Source of the DNA: the human T2T-CHM13v2.0 reference genome, Homo sapiens
NCBI RefSeq assembly: GCF_009914755.1
Contig: NC_060937.1
Reading direction: 5' to 3' (one strand)
Length of the DNA: 64,000 nucleotides
Notes under the pieces: model-generated
What the model was told of the DNA's origin: nothing
Databases searched by the model: none
The model's input: the letters and a program-made list of their open reading frames with translations, nothing else
Position numbers and translations under genes: made by a program
In this document: positions 49,163 to 64,000 of the stretch, piece after piece
Layout: each line of letters opens with the position of its first letter
Numbering within the stretch: position 1 is the first letter of the stretch

Positions 49163-49704
49163 AATGATGTTGGTAACATTTTTTGAGCCCTGTCTAGAAC
49201 TTGCCATGGTCATGGGGTCTTATCACACATGGTATTTAATACTTAAAGATGTAAAATAAAATAGACTTGAATTAAAGCAAAGGAAAAGAAACTAAAGCAA
49301 GATAGAAATGCTGACTTCATTGCAAGAGAGATTAGCGCTATCTTTTAGAAACTAAATTTATGACAAGATGATAAATACTAAATACTAAGAGATTAGAATA
49401 ATTTCTTATAAACTATGAGTTTGTGAGACTCTCTCCTTTGAAAGCTAAAAAAAAAATAGAACTGACCTATGCTCCCCCTCTTTCCCAAGCTCCAAAATTT
49501 TATCAGTTAATTATGAATTTTACAGTGTGAAGGATTGTAACATTTCTATTCTAATAATGCCACAATTCCCATAGCTCTTTGACTTAGTCCCCTTTTAGGA
49601 TGGATTCAGAACTTGTTAGTCTTTTTACTGTTTTTTTTTACCTTGCTTGAGTTTTAAATTTTGACTCATTGGTTGGTTCATTGTTTTATTTATTTAATCG
49701 ATTT

Positions 49705-50029
<325 letters not shown>

Positions 50030-50842
50030 TAGGTACTGTGTTCCTTGAGGTCTTAACACTTAAGGATAGCTGTTCCTTGCTTTTATATTTGAAGGACAAT
50101 TTGGCCGAGTACCAAGGTCTTGGGCCACACGTTCTTGCCCTCAGAATTTCTTAGACATTGCTCCCATTCTTTTTTAGCACTGGATATTTCTGGAAGAGAA
50201 AGCTGAGGCTGGGTTAATGTTTCTTTCTTTTGCACATGACTAGCTTTTTCCATTGGATGTGCCCATGAGGTTCTCTGATTCTTTTTGAAGTTTAGAGTTT
50301 TACCAGCATTGCTTGGGCATTGGCTGTTTTATGTCACTTTCCTGGTATGTCCTATACCATAATATCTGTTGATTCAAGTCTGTCTTTATATCAGTAAAAT
50401 TTTAAGATCCTTTAATATTTTTGCATATATTTTGAATGGTGCTCACTTTTTGGGAACCATAGTTGTTAGGTTTTATCTTCTTTGCCTTCTAAATCTAGCA
50501 TCTATTCTTATTATCATTTGTGTATCTTTGTCCCTCTTGTTGTTCCTTTTTAGTAATTTTGAGTGATTTCCTTGTTTGTTCTCTGCCTCTGTTTACAGAA
50601 GCTTACACTATGTTTTACTGTAGTTGTGTGGCTTCCATTCTGGATATTTTTTTTTCTAGTCCATTTATTTCTTCAACTCTATCAGTCCATTTAAAATCTC
50701 TTAGATTGATGACTGTCAGTTCTTTGGAACTTCATATCTAGTCTCTGAGCTCCCCATTTTTAGAAGGACCATTTTATCTTTAATATTTTTGAGACAATGG
50801 AGGACTATTTTTTCTGAGCTCTTAGTCTGTTACCTTCGTTTT

Positions 50843-50975
50843 TCAGGCCCAGATTCCTGGGCATGGGACCTCTGCATCCACTTAAGGGTCCACGCTTGGA
50901 CGAATGCTCCCGTCATTGTCTTGAAATTGTTAATAATTTCTGAACAGCGGGCACTGCATTTTTGTTATGCAGCAG
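50843..50975. mobile_element. MER45A-like hAT-Tip100 MITE
   Basis: CAGGCCC...GTCTTGAAATTGTTAATAATTTCTGAACA. Confidence 0.6.
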
Positions 50976-51424
50976 CTTCTGTTGATTATTTTTACAAACG
51001 CACCTTATTAGCTGCCTTTGCCTGTGTTCTTATTCAGTGGTCGCTCATCTTTGAATGAGGCCGAGCTGTTTGCCGCAAAAACTGGTGTGGGGTATGCTGA
51101 GGACTGGAAGGCAGGGGTGGGGAGTGTTGTGAAACCTGCTCATACTCGCTGCCTCCACTGTCCTCCAAACAATTGTTATTTCTTTTACCTTGAGAATGAT
51201 CCTCCTTCGGTTTTTGGCTTTTAGGAGGCTTGTGTGTCTCTCTCACAGCCAGTCCCCTTAGCGCCCTGGCTCTCTGAGGCTTGACATATGGTGGGCATGG
51301 CGGTTGTTCCCCCAGGCCCTTTCTTCACCCTCACTTTCCTTGTTAATCCAGGCCAGGTCATAGGTATTAAAAATGACATCCACATGGTTTCTCCTTCAGT
51401 TCCACCTTCCCAGTTAGATTTTAA

Positions 51425-51799
<375 letters not shown>

Positions 51800-52254
51800 T
51801 AATGTGTCATTTTAAAGTTCTGTGCTAATAAGGATGTAGGAGGTTATTTGATTTTTGGAAAATTGTTCATACTATATTAACATGTAAAGGTGCTTTATGA
51901 AACAGTATGTGGAGTGTGATTCACCTGTTGTTGCTTCTTAAGGAAGTACGACTCTACATTAAAAAATATTTGAAGGGAAAAAAATACCAAAATGCGATTG
52001 CCTGGATTCCTAATGTCCATCCTGCTTCCGCCTTTGGTGATGGTGTATAGCAGTGGCCAACTCCACAGCCTTTACATTTTCTCAGTGATCCTATGCTCTA
52101 AGAATTTGTGAGGGACTTGTTTTTAAAAAGATTGTTTCTAGTACCGTGTCTACTCTCTTTTGTGGATTAAAATAAATTCATTCTGATGTTTTTGGCAAAT
52201 ACTTCAAGTGTATTTTAAAATACATAATTTTATTGACAAGATACTTTGAACAGG

Positions 52255-52672
52255 GAAGAACCAGTTTCACAACCAGCTCTCTTGAAAAACAAAAACAAAA
52301 CTCTAATTCATAGAGTTTGCCAGTTTCCGTGGTGTAAATATTTCCACCATGGCCAGTTGCAGGCTACCAACATGACATCATTGCACACAGAGTTAGGAAA
52401 AAGTGTGTGGTAGCACATTCCTATGTAGTATTGTTACCATCCAGATGCAGCAGGCAAAATAACCTCACAATCACAGATAGATAAAAGTAAAATGTAAAAT
52501 AATTGGGAAGTGATGATTTTTGAGTATTCATTACTTCTGTAAAATTTATGCTTAATAAATATTGATATAATTTATTTTAATCCATATCTTTATATAATAA
52601 CTGGCTGGTAAAAATTCCTGAAAATTTAACAGCAGGTCCCCATGAGTTGATACAAAAGCAGTATACCGCTGG
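52255..52672. mobile_element. MER63-like hAT-Blackjack element
   Basis: TTTCCGTGGTGTAAATATTTCCACCATGGCC..GCTACCAACATGAC and AAAATTCCTGAAAATTTAACA. Confidence 0.65.
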
Positions 52673-53029
52673 AAAGAGCCCTTGAATTTTTAGAAAGGGC
52701 TTAACAGGGCAAGTCAAGAAAGTGAAGCATGCAGGCGTTGGGATTGGTAAGATAAAGCTCTCTATGGTTGGTTCAGGTGTCGTTTTGTCCTAGATCTTTA
52801 TGTTGGGGGGGCTTCCTTTTCTGTTTAAGGTTCCTCGTGATCAGAACACCCATAGAAAACTTGGGGAGATAAGCAAGTGCTCTGCTCTTTAGTATGTAAT
52901 TTTCTTGGCATTCGAAATGGGATGCTACCTTTCTTGATACCATTCCTGGGAAGCAGCATAGGTTCCTTTAGAAACCTTTTAACACATACCAGGTGATTTT
53001 GATTCTGATAATTAGTTTTTTTTTTTTTG

Positions 53030-54530
<1,501 letters not shown>

Positions 54531-55638
54531 CATTCATTATTTTTTGACCTGGAAACTAATGTATCTTTCCAAAATGATTGCACTGACTTATGTCCCTTCC
54601 CTTGCAGGTAGAATGTCTTTCTGTGAGCCTCCTCTTTGGTGATGGTGTTCTTTCAACATATCTCATATTTGAATGTTTACACTGTAATGTGATAGCCCAA
54701 TTAAGAGTGGAGATGCTGTCACATAAGGCACCGTATGATAAGTGTCAGAAGAGAAACACAAGATGCTTTGAGCTCCCAAATAGAGGGGAATGGAAAAAGT
54801 TTCATGGCATTTGAGATAATCTTTGATAAAGGAGCAGAATGTTGGCAGGTGGAGATGTGGGGGAGGAGGATCCAGGCAGTGGTAAGGAAGGGGGCTCTGT
54901 GTCCTGGGGAGAAATAGAGAAAGTCTTGGAAAGTAAGTTCATGTCACCTTACAGGGCCTTGAATGTCAGGCGAAATAACTTATTCAACTTCGTAGGTGAT
55001 GAGAGCTGTGGAAGGCTTTGAGCAGGAGAGCAACATGGTTATAGCTGAGTGGAAATCATTTGAGTCCAGAAGTTGCTGGATTACCATATGGAGCTGGAGA
55101 CTATAGCTGCAGAAATCGTGTGGCTGTTGAAATAATCTAGTGGAGAGGGCTGTTGGGGACATGTACAGTTAGTTATCTTATTTTCATTTTCCTCCTGTTG
55201 ATGTAATTTCTGTGACCAGAGTCTTGTTCTATTTTAATCTGCAAAGCATGCTGTTCAGTATGACATGTAATAAATGTTGAACCCTCTTTGGGGAGTCAGT
55301 CAATCATGAAGACAATTATTTTGACTTGAGACAAAGAAAATGAAAGTCCTGAGGAAAAGTGTTCACATTTGCTATTTTAAGCTGGGAGAGCAAATGTTCT
55401 CAGAACTCTGCGGTCCCTTGGATTGGGTGCAGTTTGCTCTGCTGAGCGTGAGTTGGCAGCCCTGCCTGCTTGAACATGGCTGCCGCTTGTTGTTCAGGTT
55501 GAGTGGACTTTCCTGGTGGGGCCGAACACCCCTCGCATTTCGGCAGCACCCACGTGGGCCTCTTGTTCACAGGAGTGTCCTGAACAGAACAGTTTCTGTA
55601 AGAAAGAAGCCTTCATAAATATTTGTTAAAGAAGTTTC

Positions 55639-55957
<319 letters not shown>

Positions 55958-57934
55958 CTAGCTAGAAAGGAGAGGCTAAGATGTCTGAAGGCTTAAAGCG
56001 GTGCCCTTGTGCCTTGACTGCTTCCTGGGTTGCCCAGGCTGACCTGCGGGTCCCCTGTGGGCTTCACTATGGCTCTAAGGGAGGTGGAGTCTGCGGTGTC
56101 CACACCCCCTGCACTCTGAAGGACCCTCCTTCCTTGAGAGAAGTCCCTGCGAAGTCCTCCTTCAGAAGTGTTCGGGGGGTGAAACGGGGACGCATGTCCT
56201 GCACATCCGAGGCTCACCGTATGGGCCCAGGCTCCTTTCTGTCATTGATACCAATTGACCTTATGTGTGCTGAGGACAGTCTTTGGCCCTGGACCCAGGA
56301 TGTTTCTGAGGTTACAAGTCCAGCTTGGTGGCAAACCGATAAGGCCCATGAAGGCTCGCCAGCTCCACAGGTGTCAGACGGGCCTCAGGGCAGGAGTGTC
56401 TTTCTCCTCTCCTTGTCCTGTGATGCAGGTCACTTCCCATGATGTCCCCAGTGAATGGCCCGGGCTGGGTTGCCTGATGGGTGCTGGCCTGTGGGAATGT
56501 ACTCCTTAACAAGGAGGAAGAGCCAGGTGTGCCCAGTGGCCAAGAACATGAACCCATGCCCCCTTGCAGGGCTTCAAGTAGATCAGGCAGCTGGGGCAGA
56601 TTTCTTAAGGCTGTGGTCAGAAATGAGTACTTTTTTTTTTTTTTTGGTCATCATAAAGCAGTACAGGAAAAGCACTTAAAATATATTTAAGGCCTTTAAT
56701 TTATAATGCATTCTTAAATAAATGTTCTTTGTCTACCTAAATTACCATGGACTGTTTCAGACCAAGTTCACAGAAGGTATTTTTTCATTTTTTGTGCCAT
56801 ACTTTGGTCATTTTAACAGGCAGACAAGAACAGCTTTTGATGATGAGAGAATCATTAAAGATTCTGTTAAGAAACCTGGTATTATAATGAGCAGAACAGA
56901 AAGGAACTTGAGTATATGATAAATTAGTTAACCAGATTATGTAAGTTGTAGGAATAGAAATTCCCTAACCAGCCCAATATGTATTCAAATTAAATACGTA
57001 TTCGAGAGGGAGAATATTTACTTATTATTGCCATGCATATTATAGAAAACTTCTCAAGTCAGGCATCGTTGAATTTTCAATTTAAAAACTAGTTTGAGGC
57101 ATAATGTAATAAATCTGTTTTGCATTTTTATTTTCAGTTTCCCAGGAAAGATTTCAGTTATAGATGGTGTATTATCACAATTTCAGGAGCAACAGTTGAG
57201 ATTTGTGATTTCTATTAACCAAAGCCTTTTGGGTTGGCTATTCTTGTTGAAAAACTTAATTAAAAATTATTTTTTACTGCTTATTTAAAACATTTTTACC
57301 TTTTTCATGCAAGTTCTCTGTCTTCAAATTATACCGTGTTTCCTTTACTAGAAATGTCTGTATTTAGTGACCGAAGATTGCCCTTGTCTTCTGTTCTTGG
57401 CCAGTTGCCACTGTCCCTCCCCCTCATCCCTGCACCGTTGGTTCTCTTGACCCTGTCTGTAATGGCTTTATATTAACTTTTCTCTTTTTGAGCTGATCCG
57501 CTGAAAAATTTTAATGGTGGTGGGATTAAAGAGATCCCCACTTCTTTGTCATTTCCTTTAAAAATATTTTACAATTTTCTCCTTTTCTACAAGGTTTTTT
57601 TGCATCAATATAGGAACAATTATGGTGCAAACCTTTTACAACAAACTCTATTCCTGCATTGTACCTCCACACCACCAGGGTAAATGGTAAAACTCTGAGA
57701 ACTTCCCTTTTTCTCAGGCTGTTGTTTCTAGAGATACATTCATTATAAATCAGTGTTGAAAAAGCTCCTACCTCAAAGTCTTTAACTCTGTATATGTTTA
57801 TTTTGTGCTCTCTCTTATCTTCCAAACTTATTAGAAGCAAAATCAAGGTTGACTGATAGGAAATTAGCAGGATCCCTTTCCTTCCCAGCTGGGAAATGGG
57901 TAATAAGCATCAGATGACATTTCATTTACTTATT

Positions 57935-58213
57935 TATTATTATTTTTAGAAACAGGGTCTCGCTCTGTTACTGAGGCTGGAGTGCAGTGGCACAATCATA
58001 GCTCACTGCAGTCTCAGCTCCTGGTCTCAAGCCATCCTCCCATCTCAGCATCCTGAGAAGCTAGGACTATAGGTGCATGCCACCATGCCCAGCTTTTTAA
58101 GTTTTTTTTTTTTTTTTGGAGAGACAGGGTCTTGAACTTCTGGCCTCAAGTGATTCTCCCCGCTTGGCCTCCCAAAGTGCTTAGATTACAGGCATGAGCC
58201 AACATGCCCAGCC
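57935..58213 (-). mobile_element. AluJ-like with internal deletion
   Basis: Antisense Alu arms. Confidence 0.85.
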
Positions 58214-59014
58214 TCATATGATATTTCAAGTAGATCTATGAGTGATCATTCCATGATTTTCTTTTTTAAAATAAAAACAGTGACATAGGTAGTCCTTGAC
58301 TCCAGAATACCAATTACAAGTGTTCTGGATATATGGACACTGCATCTTATCATCTCCCCCGGTCCTGCCTCTGGCACTGTGCCCACCCATGCCCAATCCT
58401 TCCTAAAAGCAGAGCTGACACGCAACGTGGCCAGGACCTTTCCTCTCCGGCCCGACACTGCTGGAGGCATTAAGGGAACTCCCGGGCCTACCCCAGCTGT
58501 CGTGGTGACCTCTGATGCTGCTAGGTTCCTCATAATGGTGCCTGTTTTTCCTATTTCCAGGAGCTTCAACCTGTAGAACCCTTGACCGTACTAACCTTTG
58601 AGAACACTGCCTGTGTTCTCAACATCAAAGAGCAACCTTGGGAGTCTCGGACTGGGTGAAACGAGGACTGGGGATGTTGAACTGGGCTTCAGAATATACT
58701 TGTCAACAGAAATGAAACTAAATAGCAGTTAGGTCTTGTTCATAGTGTTGTTAAGCTTCATCGTGGTGAAATGGGCTTTCCAGGGTTGACTTGAGAACTC
58801 TTCCACCATGTAATAGTGGAAAATGCTTTGGGGTATGAAGTATTCATCAATATGAGAGTAAATATTTGGAATATAAACCTGTTCATACTGTATAGACTAC
58901 CAACGTGAATTTCATCTCAATTATGAAAGCATTCTGGGAGACTATGCTTCTTCATTTTATTTTCAGTATTTCTTTTTTTCCTTCCTGTAATATAGCAATA
59001 AGACCAACCTCTTA

Positions 59015-59503
<489 letters not shown>

Positions 59504-59662
59504 TCACAGTCTTCATGTTTGTGATTTTTGAGTGTAGACTGTTCTAGGCAGCAGATATGCTACAGTTTGGTTAACCTTTCTTTGCATTTATAGCCTTTTT
59601 ATTGCTTGTGTTTATAGCCTTTTTATTCCTTGGGATGATTTCCCAAAGCCAAATTCCTATAA

Positions 59663-60125
<463 letters not shown>

Positions 60126-60426
60126 TGATTATAGGCAGCTGTTTTAAATTGACCAGAAAAGTGAGGAAGCCAGAGAAATTTGCTTGTACAAGTAGTAAAA
60201 AAGAACTTGGTCCGTCTAATTTTGAGTTGGTATTTTATCAAGTGAAGTAGATTTAATGAGATGTCTATGTTTCTTCAGTCCCTCACCTAAGCCACAAGTT
60301 GTATACGTGTCACACACGCAAACCCCGGCAGGGTGTGTCAGCAACCATTCACAAGTAAGATGCCATGCTGCCAGCCCTTGTCTTCCAATAATTATGGTTG
60401 CCAATTACCAGACAACCAGACTGTTC

Positions 60427-60721
60427 TTTTTTTTTTTTTTTGAGATGGAGTCTCACTCTGTTGCCCAGGCTGGAGTGCAGTGGTGCAATCTAGGCTCACT
60501 GCAACATCTGTCTCCCGGGTTCAAGCGATTCTTCTGCCTCAGCCTCCCAAGTAGCTGAGACTACAGGCTTGCACCACCACGCCTGGCTAATTTTTGTATT
60601 TTTAGTAGAGACAGGGTTTCACCATATTGGCCAGACTGGTCTTGAACTCCTGACCTCGTGATCCACCCGCCTCGGCCTCCCAAAGTGCTGGGATTACAGG
60701 CGTGAGCCACTACGCCCAGCC
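60427..60721 (-). mobile_element. Alu
   Basis: Antisense dimer. Confidence 0.92.
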
Positions 60722-61087
60722 AAGACTCTTCTTACATATGTTTATTTCCCCTCATAGAAGCAGCCAGCTGACTTATTTAGAGCAACCTGTCAGAGTGCGT
60801 GGGATCGTAGTCTACGAAGTGATGTCTTGTGTAGAGCAATGGTGTATTCCTGTCAAATTTCCTGCTGGCATTTCTTGGTGTTAGTGTTTTCTTATCCAGA
60901 AATAGGGCTTGCATGTCATTAAAACCTTCGTTGAAGCAATTAATAAAAGATTCTGGTAAGTTTCTGGAGACATTCTTTAATTATTCAAAACTCTTTGGGC
61001 ACATTCTTCAAGTAGCAACCCACTTTGCTGTACCTTCATCCAGCCCCAATTCCTGTCTAATTCACAACCATGTCATGCTTGTTTCTT

Positions 61088-61228
61088 CCAAATGCCTTGT
61101 GGAAATCCAGCTATGATATGGCTCTAACAGTCTCCTTATCTCCCAGCCTAGACATCTGTCAAAGACAGAAAGGAGATGATTGTGGCCTGATTTAGTCTTA
61201 ATGAAGCCATCTTAGCTTCTAGTGATCC
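61088..61228 (-). mobile_element. L3/CR1 LINE reverse-transcriptase fossil
   Basis: Minus strand reads ITRS*DGFIKTKSGHNHLLSVFDR and, after a frameshift, LDFHKAF; resembles CR1 RT QHGF..KSC..NL..F..LDFSKAFD. Confidence 0.65.
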
Positions 61229-61335
61229 TTGCTTCATTTCCTGAGTCCTTTTATTTATAACAGTCCATTTGGACATAGTCTTTTAGCAGTATATTTTAAT
61301 TTCTTGAACTACACAAAAATTAATAGATTCTTTAG

Positions 61336-61969
<634 letters not shown>

Positions 61970-63110
61970 TAACAATTTATTACTTAGAATTTTATTTTTG
62001 TGGACAGATTATTTTAGATCAAGTAAAACACATTTGAGAATTAAGTCTCAGTTTAGAGTCTGTAATATTTTGATACATCAACAAGGGGGACCTAGTCCTT
62101 AAATGGAACTTCTCTATATTCAGAAGCTCTCCAAGCCTTTCTTTCTAGGATTTAGAAATTCATAATGTGAGAGATCAGCATCTCCTAATTTTAAAGTGTT
62201 CCTAGTGTATGCAACCATCAGTGGCGGGTATCTACTGAACAGTGAGGAAGTTTTCAAAAATTAAACACTGTCTGATTTTCTGCAGAGTTTTTATTCAGAA
62301 TGTGCTTGGCCTTCCCAGCCCCTTCTCAGCTTTCTTGTTTTTGGCAGATGCTTCAAGTAAAGCTTTCTTCTTCAGGTACCTACGCCATAGGGTCGTTGTG
62401 TAGAATCGGGAGTGTTAAATGATGCAAATAAGTGCTTCAAGACTGGCCCTTCTTATTATGTAAAATCACTTTGTGGGAAAGTGAAATGATTTGAGTGAAA
62501 AACTTGTATTTCTCAACAGTTACAGGAATAGAGACACTGTGCTTGGATGTTGCATTTCAGACCATGGCCTGTCCTTTTGGCTGGAAAGTGACTTGGGACT
62601 TAGCCCTCAATTCCACTCCACTGTCCTTTTTCCCTTTTGTGGTATGCACCTAAGGTTGCTCCTCGATCTGCCTATTTAAACCAAGCTGTGATTTACATGG
62701 GAACTGAGCATTTGCTTTGGGGAATATATGTATTCCCCCGGGCTGTTTGTTTGTTTGTTTGGTTGGTTTTTGCCCACTAGTGTCTACTGCGTGTGTGTCT
62801 CAGTATTACGGGAAGCTCTGCAGTTTTAAACTATATTTATTTAAGGGCAGTGAGTTTGCATGTGCCCTGGGTGTGTTTAGTTCTAACCCAGACTTCAGGC
62901 GGGGCATCCAGAGCGTTGTTGGAGCGCCTTTCTGATTGCACAAGGAAGGGAGGGCAGTGGGTGCCATAGTGCCTTTCTTTTGTGGGTACTCAGTGTATTC
63001 TCTGATCCGCTGTGTCAGTAGAGTGTTTGCTATAAATCCTTGCTAATGGAAGGGAGAAGGGTTTTAAGACATTTACAACTTTCATAATTTAGACCCATAA
63101 AACGACTACC

Positions 63111-63392
63111 GGCCAGGTGTGGTGACTCACACTTGCAATCCCAGCACTTTGGGAAGCCAAGATGGAAGGATTGCTGCCCCAGAAGTTCGAGACCAGCCTG
63201 GGCAACACAGTGAAACTCTGTCTCTACAAAAATTTTAAAAAATTCGCTGGGCGTGGTGGTACATGCCTGTGGTCCCAGCTACTCAGGAGGCTGAGGTGAG
63301 AGGATCACTTGAGCCTGGGAGTTGGAGGCTGCAGTGAACTGTGATCGTATCACTGCACTCCAGCTTGGGTGACAGAGCAAGACACTGTCTTC
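63111..63392 (+). mobile_element. AluJ-like
   Basis: Dimer with GAGGCTGCAGTGA. Confidence 0.88.
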
Positions 63393-63639
63393 AAGACATA
63401 TTAGTAGACCTCTTTATAGGTCTAGTAACAATTCTAGTACACATTTTGATAATTTGATAGGTTTTCTCCTGAGGCATCCTCAGTAGCTTAGTGATTTGCC
63501 CAGCAGCTTGATTGGCACTTTTGTGCTCAAACAGGTGAGAGGTTTGGGGAGACTTTGTGATTGCATCTAAAATGACTGAATCATAAAGTCGCTGGATGGT
63601 AGAGAGGGTGACGGCTTTAGAAATCATCATGTACAAGAG

Positions 63640-63890
63640 GGCCCTTGGCATGGGAGTTGAGACCAAGCACTCTGGCACCAGCCTGTCTGCATCTGGTCCC
63701 ATGTCTGCCACTTACGAGCTGGGTGACTGTGGGCAAGTTAATCTCTTGTGTCTCAGTTTCCTCATCTGTAAAAAGGGGTCAGGGTAGTGTCAGTCTAATG
63801 GCGGTTGTGAGGATTAAATGAGTTAGAATTTATAAAGCTCTGAGAACAGTGCCTGCCATGGAGAAAGTGCTACGTAAGTGCTGGCTAAAT
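63640..63890. mobile_element. MIR
   Basis: GGGCAAGTTAATCTC..TCTCAGTTTCCTCATCTGTAAAA..GTTGTGAGGATTAAATGAG. Confidence 0.85.
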
Positions 63891-64000
63891 TAAAATAATA
63901 ATACTTACTGTGTTTTCACATTCCATGAATGAGAAACCTAAAATCCAGGAAAGAGGAAGTTAATTTTACAATACACTGAAAATGTCAAAAGTTAGGATTA

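Noticed and set aside
55981-56442. 153-aa ORF in a moderately GC-rich stretch
   Set aside because: No recognisable motif or splice context; compatible with chance
57115-58565. Acceptor-like tracts on + (TTTTTATTTTCAG ~57137; TTTTTCCTATTTCCAG 58560)
   Set aside because: No convincing paired donor or coding signal; such sites are common in long introns

Overview
Primate (human-like) genomic DNA, very rich in Alu, L1, MIR, MaLR-LTR and DNA-transposon fossils. It holds a CpG-island promoter (~9270-11060) with a non-coding first exon ending at a GAG|GTAGGA donor (10565), then a large intron running to the end of the window. I recognise this from memory as the 5' end of FARP1 (13q32). The only real protein-coding sequence is RNF113B, an antisense retrogene nested in that intron (CCCH finger plus C3HC4 RING; spliceosomal Cwc24/RNF113A family). 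Almost every other ORF in the track is an Alu translation or a GC-rich shadow ORF. I see no wholly new gene system. The best leads are: (1) RNF113B's 105-nt intronised segment, with exon 2 apparently built from a decayed poly(A) tail and a poly(A) signal supplied by an L1; (2) an upstream THE1 LTR with a DUX4-type site, TATA, damaged poly(A) signal and splice donor, facing a clean acceptor 90 nt before the RNF113B ATG; (3) two 23-codon uORFs joined by a TGATG overlap in the host exon 1; (4) a very young AluYg6-like insertion; (5) a MER85 retaining its palindrome. Repeat subfamily names come from recalled consensus sequences and repeat boundaries are approximate.
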